Source: a virus. Taken from it: a stretch of 41,461 nt of DNA. The notes under the pieces were generated by a model that searched no databases, was not told where the DNA came from, and saw only the letters and a program-made list of their open reading frames with translations. The translations under genes and the position numbers were made by a program. The stretch lies in the IMG/VR virus record IMGVR_UViG_3300032144_000027; one strand, given 5' to 3'. Shown piece by piece: positions 7,228-16,063 of the stretch (within the stretch, counting starts at the first letter, position 1; each line of letters starts with the position of its first letter).

Positions 7228-7474
7228 CATGCCTGACCCAAACCCATCAGCACCATCCAACAGAGCTCACCCTCCATCCGTCTGTGGGACGGAGAGCCGA
7301 GCGCTAGGTCACTCAGCCTGACGGACGTGGAGCCTGGAGCTCAGCTCTCCTCACCGAGCTCTCAGGTCCCCCTCCGGAGATCGCTCTTCGCTTTAGGTCC
7401 CTCCCCTCTCCGTTAAACAGGGTGCCATCACATTTTTACACCTCCCCTCCCAGGTACAAAATGTGAAATTCTAA

Positions 7475-7519
7475 GACCCAGTACCGAGTTCTGAGGGGAA
7501 GCGTTAACGACCCAGTACC
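7475..7519. repeat. Direct repeat gacccagtacc x2 upstream of the terminase genes
   Basis: Copies at 7475..7485 and 7509..7519, 34 bp apart. They lie within the 350-bp non-coding region 7230..7580, which also carries aggtccc(c)ctcc x2 (7364, 7395) and three GAGCTC sites. Confidence 0.85.
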
Positions 7520-7581
7520 AAGATATCCCTTTACAATCGGTCATAACTGTGCTAGGCTTCTTCTAACTCAGGAGGTGCCCT

Positions 7582-7917
7582 ATGTCTAACGACTTTAACG
7601 TCGCCTTGCAGAACCAACTAAGCGAGCGCCAGCGCCGGTCCGATCAGAAGGGGGGCGTCACCCGCATCTTTTCCCGCAAGCAGATCGAGCAAGCGTTTAT
7701 AGAGACTTTTGAAATGGTGGGAGGGGTCCCCCGGCTGGCCATTTGGGCGAACGAGGAGGCCAACTACGCTCAATTCTTGAGCCTTCTGATGAAATTGGCC
7801 CCGAAAGACACTGGAGCGGCCATTGCTGGACAGATCCTGGAGTACCGGAGCAACGTTCCCCAAAGTCCGTTGAACAGAGCGCCGACCACAGTTGACGAGG
7901 ATGTCATAGATGTCTGA
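7582..7917 (+). CDS. Putative small terminase subunit (assigned by position)
   Basis: 111 aa with a strong GGAGG SD. It overlaps the large terminase start by 8 nt. No diagnostic motif was recognised. Confidence 0.45.
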   Translation: MSNDFNVALQNQLSERQRRSDQKGGVTRIFSRKQIEQAFIETFEMVGGVPRLAIWANEEANYAQFLSLLMKLAPKDTGAAIAGQILEYRSNVPQSPLNRAPTTVDEDVIDV

Positions 7918-9292
7918 CCAACGGAGGAGCGAAGGGCGGAGTGTAGAGGTCGTAGAATCCAAGTACATTCCACGACCGCACGCCCTTGCCTTCCACGCGA
8001 GGCACCAACGCTTCGCGATTCTCGTCTGGCATAGACGAGCTGGGAAGACGGTAGCGTGTATAAATGACTTGATCGACAAGGCGCTGCAATGCCACCTTCC
8101 CATGCCACGATACAGTTACGTAGCTCCCTTCTACAAACAGGCTAAGGACGTGGCGTGGAACTACTTGAAACTCTACGCTGCGCCCGTCATTGAAAAGATA
8201 ATGGAGTCCGAACTGAGCGTGCTCCTTAAGAACGGGGCGACGGTTAGGCTCTATGGGGCCGACAACCCCGACAGCCTGAGGGGGGTGTACAACGACGGAG
8301 TGATTCTGGACGAGTATGGGGACATGAGTCCCAGACTTTTTGGTGAGGTTATTGCGCCGACACTGGCCGACCGCAAGGGGTGGTGCGTCTTCATCGGAAC
8401 GCCCAAAGGACCCAACCACTTCCACACGCTGTGGAACAAAGCTGCCAACGACGACCGGTGGTTTAAGAACATGCTCCGCTCATCGGAAAGCGGCATACTT
8501 GAACAAGAAGAGCTGGAGATGCTGGCGACGCTGCCCGGCAGCGATGAAGACACCTTCGCTCAGGAATTTGAATGCGACTTTAGCGCCGCGGTCCGAGGTG
8601 CCTACTATGGCAAGCTCCTTAAGAAACTGGAGAGTGAAGGAAACGTTGGCGATTTCCCCTGGGACCCCGATCGACTGGTCTATACCGCCTGGGACATCGG
8701 CTTTACGGATGACACATCAATCTGGTTTTTCCAATATGACGGGAAGACAATACGAGTTATTGACTTCTTTACGGTCAGTGGTTATTCGGTTGACGACGTT
8801 ATCCAGGTCCTCTGGGAAAAGCCTTATGCCTATGGTGAGTGCTACCTTCCGCACGATGCCAAGAACAAAAGCTTCCAAACGGGCAAATCAACAATGGAGC
8901 TCATGGTCGCTGCGCAAATGAAGTGTAGGCTGGTCCCCAACCTCAGTGTTCAGGACGGCATCCAGGCCGTGCGCAAGACCTTGCCGATGATCCAGTTCAA
9001 CGCGGCCAACGCTGACGTCTACGAGGTTGGCCTCAATGCTCTGCGCCTCTACCAGCGGGAGTGGGACGACAAGCGCCGCATGTTCAAAGAGAAGCCCCTC
9101 CACGATTGGTCCTCTAACCCTGCCGACGCCATGCGGATGCTGGCGCTGGCTATGAACCCCGCTGCTGCTAAGCGAGCAGCTAGGACCGGGGGCCGGGTGC
9201 CACAACCTCAGGCCGATGCCCCCACCAACGTCTATACATTAGATAAACTCTATGCCGAGCGCGCCGCCCGGAACTCCACGAGGAGAATATAA
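7910..9292 (+). CDS. terL: Terminase large subunit
   Basis: 460 aa. It has a Walker-A-like VWHRRAGKT, Walker B VILDEYG, and a C-terminal nuclease-like region (AWDIGFTDDTSIW...YLPHDA). Confidence 0.9.
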   Translation: MSDQRRSEGRSVEVVESKYIPRPHALAFHARHQRFAILVWHRRAGKTVACINDLIDKALQCHLPMPRYSYVAPFYKQAKDVAWNYLKLYAAPVIEKIMESELSVLLKNGATVRLYGADNPDSLRGVYNDGVILDEYGDMSPRLFGEVIAPTLADRKGWCVFIGTPKGPNHFHTLWNKAANDDRWFKNMLRSSESGILEQEELEMLATLPGSDEDTFAQEFECDFSAAVRGAYYGKLLKKLESEGNVGDFPWDPDRLVYTAWDIGFTDDTSIWFFQYDGKTIRVIDFFTVSGYSVDDVIQVLWEKPYAYGECYLPHDAKNKSFQTGKSTMELMVAAQMKCRLVPNLSVQDGIQAVRKTLPMIQFNAANADVYEVGLNALRLYQREWDDKRRMFKEKPLHDWSSNPADAMRMLALAMNPAAAKRAARTGGRVPQPQADAPTNVYTLDKLYAERAARNSTRRI

Positions 9293-11277
9293 TGAGCGTC
9301 TGGGATAAACGTATCGCCAAGGCCGAGAAGTTCTTCCAACGAGCTCGGGAACATGGGCGCAAGGTCTACACTCGGTACAAGGACGAGCGTGAAGATGAGG
9401 TTATTGGCCTTCAGAGGGTCAACATCTTCTACGCCAACGTCAACACGATTAAGGAAAGCCTGTTTAACTCCCTGCCCAAGCCCGACGTGTCGAGGCTTCA
9501 TAAAGGTGACTACGAAGATGACACAGCCCGCGTCGCAGCTCTTATTTTGCAGAGGGCTCTCACGTACGAAGTCCATTGTGCCAAGTCTTTTGCCGGTGCG
9601 GTCAAGTACGCGATTCTGGATCGCCTTGTCCCGGGCATGGGCCAGACATGGATACGGTTCGAGCAGCCTGAGGAGATTTTTGTTGATGTGCTTTATTGGG
9701 AGGATTTCCTCTACGGTCCAGCGCGATCTTGGGAGACAGTTCCCTGGGTCGCGCGGAGGCACGAGTTTACTGCAGAGGAGTTCATTGAGCGTTACGGCAA
9801 GGCAGCCCTCTCCGACGCCTCCAAAATTAAGGATGATAACAACATTACCCCTAAAGAGATTTCGGAGAATAAATACTGCGTCTACGAAATTTGGGAAAAG
9901 AAAACACGGAAGGTCTTCCACGTAGTACTCGGTGCGGCCAAGCCGCTGAAGACTCTGGACGACCCCTACAAGCTGCCGGACTTCTGGCCATGCCCTCGGC
10001 CCCTGATGGCCAACCTTACGACCTCGGCGTTTCTTCCGGTGACTGACTATCACCTCGCCCAGGACCAGTATAACGAGCTCGACGTGCTTTACGCTAGGAT
10101 GGCGCTGATTTCCAAGGCTGTGAAGGTGGCGGGGCTGTACGACGCTGCCAGCGCTGAGATCGGCCGCATGCTGGAGGGCCAGGAAAACAAGCTCGTTCCA
10201 GTTGATAACTGGGCCATGTTTGCTGAGAGAGGCGGGGCCAAAGGCATGATCGACTGGTATCCAGTTGAGCAGGTCGTCACTGTCTTCCAGGCGCTGGCTG
10301 GGCAGTACGACATGGTGAAACAGACTCTGTACGAAGTCACTGGCATGTCGGACATCATGCGCGGGGCGTCCAATCAGTACGAAACAGCGGCGGCGCAGGA
10401 AATTAAGTCACAATTTGCCTCCGTGCGCATGAACGGCTACCAGCGCGACGTGTCCGAGTTCGTTCGAGACATTATGCGCATCATTGCGAGCATGATGAGC
10501 GGGCTCTACAGCGATGAAAAGTTCCAGGCCATCTGTGGCAGCTTCAACGAAGCCGATCAGAAGCTTCTTGGTCCGGCTATGCAGGTCCTCCGCAGCCCAC
10601 AAATGTCTCAGTACAAGGTGGACGTAGAGCCCGACAGCCTTACTCAGTCCGATTGGGCGCTCGAAAAGGGCCAGCGGATGGAATTGACCGGGTATATCAG
10701 CCAATTCCTGTCCAGTGCCGTCCCAGCGGTGGAAAACGCCCCAGAACTCGGCCCATTGCTCTTCGCAATGATCAAATTCAGCGTGGCGGGCTTCAAGGGG
10801 GCCGCAGAAATCGAGGGAATCATCGACCAGCAGCTCGCAGCGCTCGTCGCCAAGGCTGCGAACCCAGAACCACCGAAGCCAACGCCAGAAGAGCAGAAAA
10901 TGCAGCTGGAACAGCAGAAAATGCAGGCTTCTATGCAGCTGGAACAGCAAAAGGCTCAAACTCAGTCCCAGTTGGAGATGCAGAAGGCGCAAATGGAGGC
11001 GGGCCTCCGGTCCCAGGAGTCCGCACAGCGTATGGAGCTCGAAAACCAGCAAGCTCTGGCCGATATGGCCGTGAAGCGCGAAGAGCTGAACAACCAGCGT
11101 GAAATGTTCATGATGGAAATGGCTATGAAGCGCCAAGAGCTCGAGTTTAAGCAGCAAGAAATGGGCCTGAAGCTGGAGCACCAGTTCGTGTCGGGCCAAA
11201 TGAAAACCCAACAGATGAAGGAGCAAGCAGATGCCAAACCCAAGGGACCAAATGGGTCCAAGCCCGGAGATAAGTGA
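9292..11277 (+). CDS. Portal protein with long C-terminal Gln/Glu/Met-rich coiled-coil extension
   Basis: 661 aa, located immediately after terL with a TAATG overlap, so both size and position fit a portal. The last ~135 aa consist of MQLEQQKMQASMQLEQQKAQ...-type heptad-like repeats. Confidence 0.8.
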   Translation: MSVWDKRIAKAEKFFQRAREHGRKVYTRYKDEREDEVIGLQRVNIFYANVNTIKESLFNSLPKPDVSRLHKGDYEDDTARVAALILQRALTYEVHCAKSFAGAVKYAILDRLVPGMGQTWIRFEQPEEIFVDVLYWEDFLYGPARSWETVPWVARRHEFTAEEFIERYGKAALSDASKIKDDNNITPKEISENKYCVYEIWEKKTRKVFHVVLGAAKPLKTLDDPYKLPDFWPCPRPLMANLTTSAFLPVTDYHLAQDQYNELDVLYARMALISKAVKVAGLYDAASAEIGRMLEGQENKLVPVDNWAMFAERGGAKGMIDWYPVEQVVTVFQALAGQYDMVKQTLYEVTGMSDIMRGASNQYETAAAQEIKSQFASVRMNGYQRDVSEFVRDIMRIIASMMSGLYSDEKFQAICGSFNEADQKLLGPAMQVLRSPQMSQYKVDVEPDSLTQSDWALEKGQRMELTGYISQFLSSAVPAVENAPELGPLLFAMIKFSVAGFKGAAEIEGIIDQQLAALVAKAANPEPPKPTPEEQKMQLEQQKMQASMQLEQQKAQTQSQLEMQKAQMEAGLRSQESAQRMELENQQALADMAVKREELNNQREMFMMEMAMKRQELEFKQQEMGLKLEHQFVSGQMKTQQMKEQADAKPKGPNGSKPGDK

Positions 11278-11281
11278 TAAG

Positions 11282-11410
11282 ATGAAGGAGTTTCTGGCCT
11301 CCATACCAGTTGTAACTCCTGCAGAAATCCTGCGTCGTCAAACTGAGAAGTTCTACGAGGATGTTCGAAATGGCAACCCAGACCCCAGCAAAACCAGCGA
11401 CCAAAAGTGA
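11282..11410 (+). CDS. Possible small ORF (42 aa), below the ORF-track cutoff
   Basis: My own translation is MKEFLASIPVVTPAEILRRQTEKFYEDVRNGNPDPSKTSDQK. The SD is weak. A competing 39-aa ORF in another frame lies at 11361..11478. Confidence 0.25.
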   Translation: MKEFLASIPVVTPAEILRRQTEKFYEDVRNGNPDPSKTSDQK

Positions 11411-11483
11411 AGAGCCTCCAGCAAAGCCCGTCCCACCGCCCGTCTACGAACCAGATTCGGCGTCAGGGCGCAAGGAGTAAATC

Positions 11484-11894
11484 ATGCCGATCTACGAGGC
11501 TTTGTGCGACGGATGCGATAGCATTGTCACGTATCATCGCACCGTAGCTGACCGCAATGAGACTCCTGTATGCCCCCGCTGCGGGGGTGAGACTCACAAG
11601 GCCATCTTCACTGCCCCCAAGAGCTATATTACGGGCAAGTTTGAGGCCTTCAAGTCCGTGGTGGATGGATCTATTATTGACTCGCAGCGGGCCATGCGTG
11701 AGCATAATAAAAGAAACGACGTAGTCTGCTTAGCTGATGGGTACGACGAGGAAACGATTCTAGCTGGCAACCTCGGCAAGCCCCTCCCTAAAAGCGTGGC
11801 AGAAATCAGGAAGGACATAGCTGATGATATTCAGCAGTCCATTCACGAGGTGCAGAACGGCTACAAGCCGATCATAGGTGAATCAGATGAGTGA
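11484..11894 (+). CDS. FmdB-type zinc-ribbon protein
   Basis: 136 aa with AAGGAG SD. The N-terminus reads MPIYEALCDGCDS...TPVCPRCGG, which is the CxxC-x(n)-CPxCG signature of the FmdB/CxxC_CxxC_SSSS family. Confidence 0.65.
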   Translation: MPIYEALCDGCDSIVTYHRTVADRNETPVCPRCGGETHKAIFTAPKSYITGKFEAFKSVVDGSIIDSQRAMREHNKRNDVVCLADGYDEETILAGNLGKPLPKSVAEIRKDIADDIQQSIHEVQNGYKPIIGESDE

Positions 11895-12936
11895 CGAAAA
11901 AGAAACCAGCCTCGAAGACGACATCAGAGCAGCGATGGGCGAGGTTGAGACAGGTGCCGATAAAGAGGAAGAAGTCTCCACGGAGCGTGAACGCGATGAC
12001 AAAGGTAAGTTCGTTGCTAAGGAGGGAGAAACTGAAGTCGAGGCGGCTGCCCGCCTTGAGCCGGGCGACAAGAAGGACGAGACTCCTCCGAAAGGCGAGG
12101 AAACCCCGCCTGCCGAAGGCGAACAACACCTTCTGAACGAGGACAAAGCTCCTCGCGGCTGGGCACCAGCTATCAGGGAGAAGTGGGGCACCATCCCTGA
12201 GGATATCCGTAAGGAGATCATCCGCCGTGAAGAAGCGTCTGCCGTCGGTGTACGTCAGCTACAGGAGAACTACGCTCCTATGGAGCAGTTTGTCGGTAGC
12301 ATCGCCCCGTTCATTCAAGAGGCTCGGCAGAATGGCGTGGCCCCTGACCAATACATCGGAAGCGTCCTTGCTTCTGAGCGTATACTGCGCAAGGCTGACC
12401 TCCCAACAAAGTTTCAGGAAATACTGCGCATTGCAGATCAATACGGTGTACCACTTAGGGACATCATTAACGCGTCTGTAGGCTCAGAAGTGCTGACTAA
12501 GGCTCCACAGACGCAGGGTCAGCAGTACGTCCCTCCCCAAGTGGCGCAGGAGCTTGCTGAGGCTCGCCAATGGCGTGAGCAGTTCGAAGATCGGCAGGTT
12601 AAGAACGAGCTGGCGGCATTCTCGCAGGGCAAGGAGTTCTACGAGGACGTGCGTGCGCAGATGGCGGTGCTGGTGGAGTCAGGCTCCGTGAAGTCGCTTG
12701 ATGAGGCCTACGACGCCGCCTGCTGGGCCACTCCCGCGGTCCGTACCGTGCTCCTCCAACGCCAAGGCAAGGAGCAAGAGAAGACTGATCTTCAGAAGCG
12801 GCAGGAGGCCGCTGCCGGTGCTAGCGTCAAGCCTAAAGGAGAGGTTGAGGTTAAGGTCGATGACGATGAGGATGATGATGACCTCGGGGCAACGGTGCGC
12901 AGAGAGTTTAACCGTGCAAATTCTGGAAGAGTATAG
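11887..12936 (+). CDS. Scaffolding protein (putative)
   Basis: About 349 aa. It is highly acidic, charged and helical (DKEEEVSTERERDDKGK..., C-terminal DDDEDDDDLG). It lies between the portal and capsid genes. Confidence 0.6.
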   Translation: MSDEKETSLEDDIRAAMGEVETGADKEEEVSTERERDDKGKFVAKEGETEVEAAARLEPGDKKDETPPKGEETPPAEGEQHLLNEDKAPRGWAPAIREKWGTIPEDIRKEIIRREEASAVGVRQLQENYAPMEQFVGSIAPFIQEARQNGVAPDQYIGSVLASERILRKADLPTKFQEILRIADQYGVPLRDIINASVGSEVLTKAPQTQGQQYVPPQVAQELAEARQWREQFEDRQVKNELAAFSQGKEFYEDVRAQMAVLVESGSVKSLDEAYDAACWATPAVRTVLLQRQGKEQEKTDLQKRQEAAAGASVKPKGEVEVKVDDDEDDDDLGATVRREFNRANSGRV

Positions 12937-12965
12937 TTGCGCAGGGGCGGAAACGGTGCTATAGT
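12937..12965 (+). promoter_or_regulatory. Sigma70-like promoter TTGCGC-17 nt-TATAGT in front of the capsid gene
   Basis: -35 at 12937..12942 and -10 at 12960..12965. Confidence 0.45.
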
Positions 12966-13016
12966 ATTCAGTAGCCGCTCGATGTTCCGAAGCTAACCCT
13001 TACGGCACGGAGCTTA

Positions 13017-13058
13017 CCTCCAAAGTAGAGATGGCGAAAATCCCCTTTACTTTGGAGG
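13017..13058 (+). promoter_or_regulatory. Stem-loop that pairs with the capsid-gene Shine-Dalgarno
   Basis: cctccaaagta (13017..13027) is perfectly complementary to tactttggagg (13048..13058), with a 20-nt loop between them. The 3' arm contains the GGAGG located 9 nt upstream of the ATG at 13068. Confidence 0.6.
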
Positions 13059-13067
13059 TACAGCATC

Positions 13068-14033
13068 ATGGCATTTGCCAACGCTAACGTCTCCGACATC
13101 ATGGCTACCACGATCGAAAAGCGTAGCCGGAAAGTCGCCGATAACGTCACCAAGAACAACGCGATGCTGATGAAGTTCCAGCAACGCGGACGCTCACGCC
13201 CATTCAGCGGCGGTCGCTTGATTTACGAAGAACTGAGCTTCGCCGAAAACGGTAACGCCGGGTTCTACAGCGGGTATGACCTCCTGCCTGTAGCAGCCCA
13301 GGACGTCATCTCGGCTGCGCAGTACGACATCAAGCAAGCAGCGTGCCCCGTCACCATCAGCGGCCTGGAAATGCTCCAGAACGCTGGCCCAGAGCAAATG
13401 ATCGACCTGCTCACCTCGCGCATCGACGTAGCTGAATCCACCATGCAGAATTTGATCTGCGGTGGCCTCTACTCCAACGGTACTGCCTTCGGCGGCAAGC
13501 AGATCGTCGGCCTGGACGCAGCAGTTCCACTCGACCCAACCACAGGCGTCTACGGCGGTATTGACCGTGGCACCTGGGCCTTCTGGCGCAGTAAGATTCG
13601 CAACGTAGCGACCACTACCACTCTGCTTGTCGACATGAACGCACTGTGGGCGTCTCTGCAACGCGGCGCTGACCGTCCAGATATCATCCTCGCTGACAAC
13701 GTCGTGTGGCAAGCATACGTCGCTGCTCTGCAGGCGCAACAACGCTTCACCAACGCGGATGTCGGCAACCTCGGCTTCCCAACCCTGAAGTACATGGACT
13801 GCGACTTCGTACTTGACGGTGGTATCGGCGGTTTCTGCCCAGCAGGTACAGCTTTCATGCTGAACACCAAGTATCTGCACTATCGCCCCCACAGCGCACG
13901 GAACTTCGTGTCGCTTTCGCCAAACAAACGCTACGCGATCAACCAGGATGCTGAAGTCCAAATCCTGGCTTGGGCGGGCAACCTCACTGTCAGCGGCAGC
14001 CAGTTCCAGGGCCGTCTTGACGTAAACCCATAA
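13068..14033 (+). CDS. Major capsid protein
   Basis: 321 aa. It follows the scaffold gene, has its own promoter and a strong SD, and is followed by a hairpin. Size and position are typical of an HK97-fold podovirus capsid protein. Confidence 0.8.
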   Translation: MAFANANVSDIMATTIEKRSRKVADNVTKNNAMLMKFQQRGRSRPFSGGRLIYEELSFAENGNAGFYSGYDLLPVAAQDVISAAQYDIKQAACPVTISGLEMLQNAGPEQMIDLLTSRIDVAESTMQNLICGGLYSNGTAFGGKQIVGLDAAVPLDPTTGVYGGIDRGTWAFWRSKIRNVATTTTLLVDMNALWASLQRGADRPDIILADNVVWQAYVAALQAQQRFTNADVGNLGFPTLKYMDCDFVLDGGIGGFCPAGTAFMLNTKYLHYRPHSARNFVSLSPNKRYAINQDAEVQILAWAGNLTVSGSQFQGRLDVNP

Positions 14034-14075
14034 TCGGTTAATGGGCCAAGGACTGGCCCACCAAAGGAGGCCATC

Positions 14076-14675
14076 ATGCCTGCATCAAATATGGGTTCCC
14101 CGGTTGCTCTGGCCGCGAACCCCGCGACTGGGCTGTGGGTCATCATGGATCCTCTTAGTGGTCCTAAGGGGTCTCCGTTTGACGCTAAGTCCCCGCATCC
14201 GACTACTGGCGTTCTTACGCCTGACCCCAACAACTTCTCAACGGGAGCTCTGTCGACCGGTATCGGTTACGGCACGCCGCCCATTATCGGCCCCACTGCT
14301 CCAGCGAGTATCACTGCGAGTGGGTTCACCGATGACTACACTCCTGGGGTGACATTCCCAGACGGTGTGACGCCAGCCACTGACACTCGTCACCTGTATA
14401 TCGGTGGTGGACGCTCTGGGGCGAACGTCAACGGTATCGCGCCGACGAACATGTACAACGCTCAGCCAATCGCCGGCTTCGGCAACGGCGGCAGTCGCGA
14501 CGCAGGTGCTGGTCCCGCCTTCACCAGCTTCGGTATGAAGATGGTGACCGCTGCTGCTCCAGTAGCAACAGGCGCGGTAATCGAAACTGGCTTTGTCAAC
14601 CGTTCAGGCTTGGCATTGACCACTGGTCAGTCTACTTTCGGTAGTTCTACTACCGCGACGGCTGCTCCGGTATAA
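14076..14675 (+). CDS. Gly/Pro/Thr/Ala-rich virion-associated protein (possible capsid decoration or fibre)
   Basis: 199 aa with AAGGAGG SD. It lies directly after the capsid gene and before a strong terminator. Confidence 0.55.
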   Translation: MPASNMGSPVALAANPATGLWVIMDPLSGPKGSPFDAKSPHPTTGVLTPDPNNFSTGALSTGIGYGTPPIIGPTAPASITASGFTDDYTPGVTFPDGVTPATDTRHLYIGGGRSGANVNGIAPTNMYNAQPIAGFGNGGSRDAGAGPAFTSFGMKMVTAAAPVATGAVIETGFVNRSGLALTTGQSTFGSSTTATAAPV

Positions 14676-14680
14676 TAATC

Positions 14681-14703
14681 GCCCCCTTCGGGGGGCATTT
14701 TCT
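14681..14703 (+). terminator. Rho-independent terminator
   Basis: gccccc-ttcg-gggggc followed by attttct. Confidence 0.8.
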
Positions 14704-14716
14704 ATAGGTGCCCAAA

Positions 14717-15283
14717 ATGCGTGACTCATTTGAATTTGACGTAAAGGACTTTGAAGATCCTAATAACAACAACGGTGTCTACGCCCGGTTTTATTGGACT
14801 TCGAAGCAAGACATTCACGCCAGCGAGCAGGCTGGTAGGCCGATCTTCAAAGATATTGAGTATGTGGAGATCCTGGCCGCTGGCAATGCGAACAACATCA
14901 TTCGCAAGCCAGCAAGCGATATGGAGCGTTATCGCTTCCACAGAGAATACGCAAAGTTCAAGGAAGGAGATACCGAGCAGCTAATTGGCACCCCGCTCAG
15001 CGAAGTGCCATGGATTACTCGGTCTCAGGTAGAAGAATTGAATTATCGCAAGGTGCGTACACTGGAGCAATTGGCAGAGCTTAACGACCAAGCCTGCAAC
15101 GTCCCAGGCATGTACGAACTCAAGCGCAAGGCTGGGGCATGGCTGGAGAAGTCCAAGGAGGCAGCTCCCTTCACCGCCATGCAGGCTGAAATGGATGCTC
15201 TACGTGCTGAACTGGATGCTATGAAGGCGCAGAGGGCTAGCGATGCGCAAGCAAAGACTCCGGTGCCAGCCGCCAAGCAATGA
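14717..15283 (+). CDS. Hypothetical structural-module protein
   Basis: Track ORF 14708..15283. The ATG at 14717 has AGGTG 6 nt upstream, giving 188 aa. The C-terminus is coiled-coil (MQAEMDALRAELDAMKAQ). Confidence 0.6.
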   Translation: MRDSFEFDVKDFEDPNNNNGVYARFYWTSKQDIHASEQAGRPIFKDIEYVEILAAGNANNIIRKPASDMERYRFHREYAKFKEGDTEQLIGTPLSEVPWITRSQVEELNYRKVRTLEQLAELNDQACNVPGMYELKRKAGAWLEKSKEAAPFTAMQAEMDALRAELDAMKAQRASDAQAKTPVPAAKQ

Positions 15284-15351
15284 TTAGGGGATCTACCCCA
15301 CGGCCCAGCGAAGCAGGCACCCGGTAGCTGGGTTGATTTCTGGAGGGCATC

Positions 15352-16062
15352 ATGGCAACAGCAATTGAAATCATCAACGCAGCGTGCCATGAGCTTGGTC
15401 TGCCAACTGTGGCGCTCAACAGCGCCACAGGCGATACCCTCGGTACACAGTCCCTCGCACTGCTCAACGCCCTTGGCGATGAGCTTGTGCGGGTGCATGA
15501 CTGGCAATTCCTTGAGAAAACCATGACCTTTGTCGGCGATGGCGTAGTCGACAAGTTTCCCATGCCCGACGACTTTGGACGCCAAGTCAACCAGACCCAG
15601 TGGGCTACGAAGGATAAGCGCCCACTGATGGGGCCAGACAGCCCTCAGGTTTGGAGCTGGAGCCAATATGGCATTGTCAGTGTGGGTCTCTATTACAGGT
15701 ATCGTATACTGGGAAACCAGTATACCGTCTTTCCCATCCCAGCGAATCTCGCTGAATTCGCTTTGTACTACATCAGCAAGAACTGGGTCTTGGACCAGGA
15801 CCCACCCGAGACTTTCAAGTCCGCTATCACCAAGTCCGGGGACATACCTCTTTTCGATAGCCGCCTACTCATTACGGGGCTGAAGGTCAAACTTTGGGCG
15901 CAGAAAGGCTTCGACACCACGGTACTACAGGCAGAGTTCGACTACATGCTAGCGGCGGTGAAGGCTCAAAACCAAGGAGCTAGAGTCATCAACCTGTCTG
16001 GCGACTGCCGCCACTTGTACATCAATTGGGCCAACATCCCCGATTCTGGGTACGGGAGCTAA
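15352..16062 (+). CDS. Tail tubular protein A / adaptor (T7 gp11-like)
   Basis: 236 aa. The N-terminus IINAACHELGLPTVALNSATGD...LLNALGDELVRVHDWQF follows the pattern of the T7 gp11 N-terminus as I recall it (VNDILASIGEPPVSTLEGD...ILNKINRQIQSRGWTF). The position before the gp12-like gene also fits. Confidence 0.6.
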   Translation: MATAIEIINAACHELGLPTVALNSATGDTLGTQSLALLNALGDELVRVHDWQFLEKTMTFVGDGVVDKFPMPDDFGRQVNQTQWATKDKRPLMGPDSPQVWSWSQYGIVSVGLYYRYRILGNQYTVFPIPANLAEFALYYISKNWVLDQDPPETFKSAITKSGDIPLFDSRLLITGLKVKLWAQKGFDTTVLQAEFDYMLAAVKAQNQGARVINLSGDCRHLYINWANIPDSGYGS

Positions 16063-16063
16063 C

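Noticed and set aside
10408-11304. 298-aa antisense ORF opposite the portal C-terminus (similar cases at 9250..10053, 13194..13961, 16577..17380, 20046..21035 and 21318..22370)
   Set aside because: All are shadow frames of confidently called structural genes. They have Leu/His/Arg-rich low-complexity translations (mirror images of the Q/E repeats) and no translational signals.
11361-11478. 39-aa Pro-rich ORF (MFEMATQTPAKPATKSEEPPAKPVPPPVYEPDSASGRKE) in the portal to zinc-ribbon gap
   Set aside because: It competes with 11282..11410 in another frame. Its SD-like GAGG abuts the ATG with no spacing. Neither small ORF can be supported without comparative or proteomic data.
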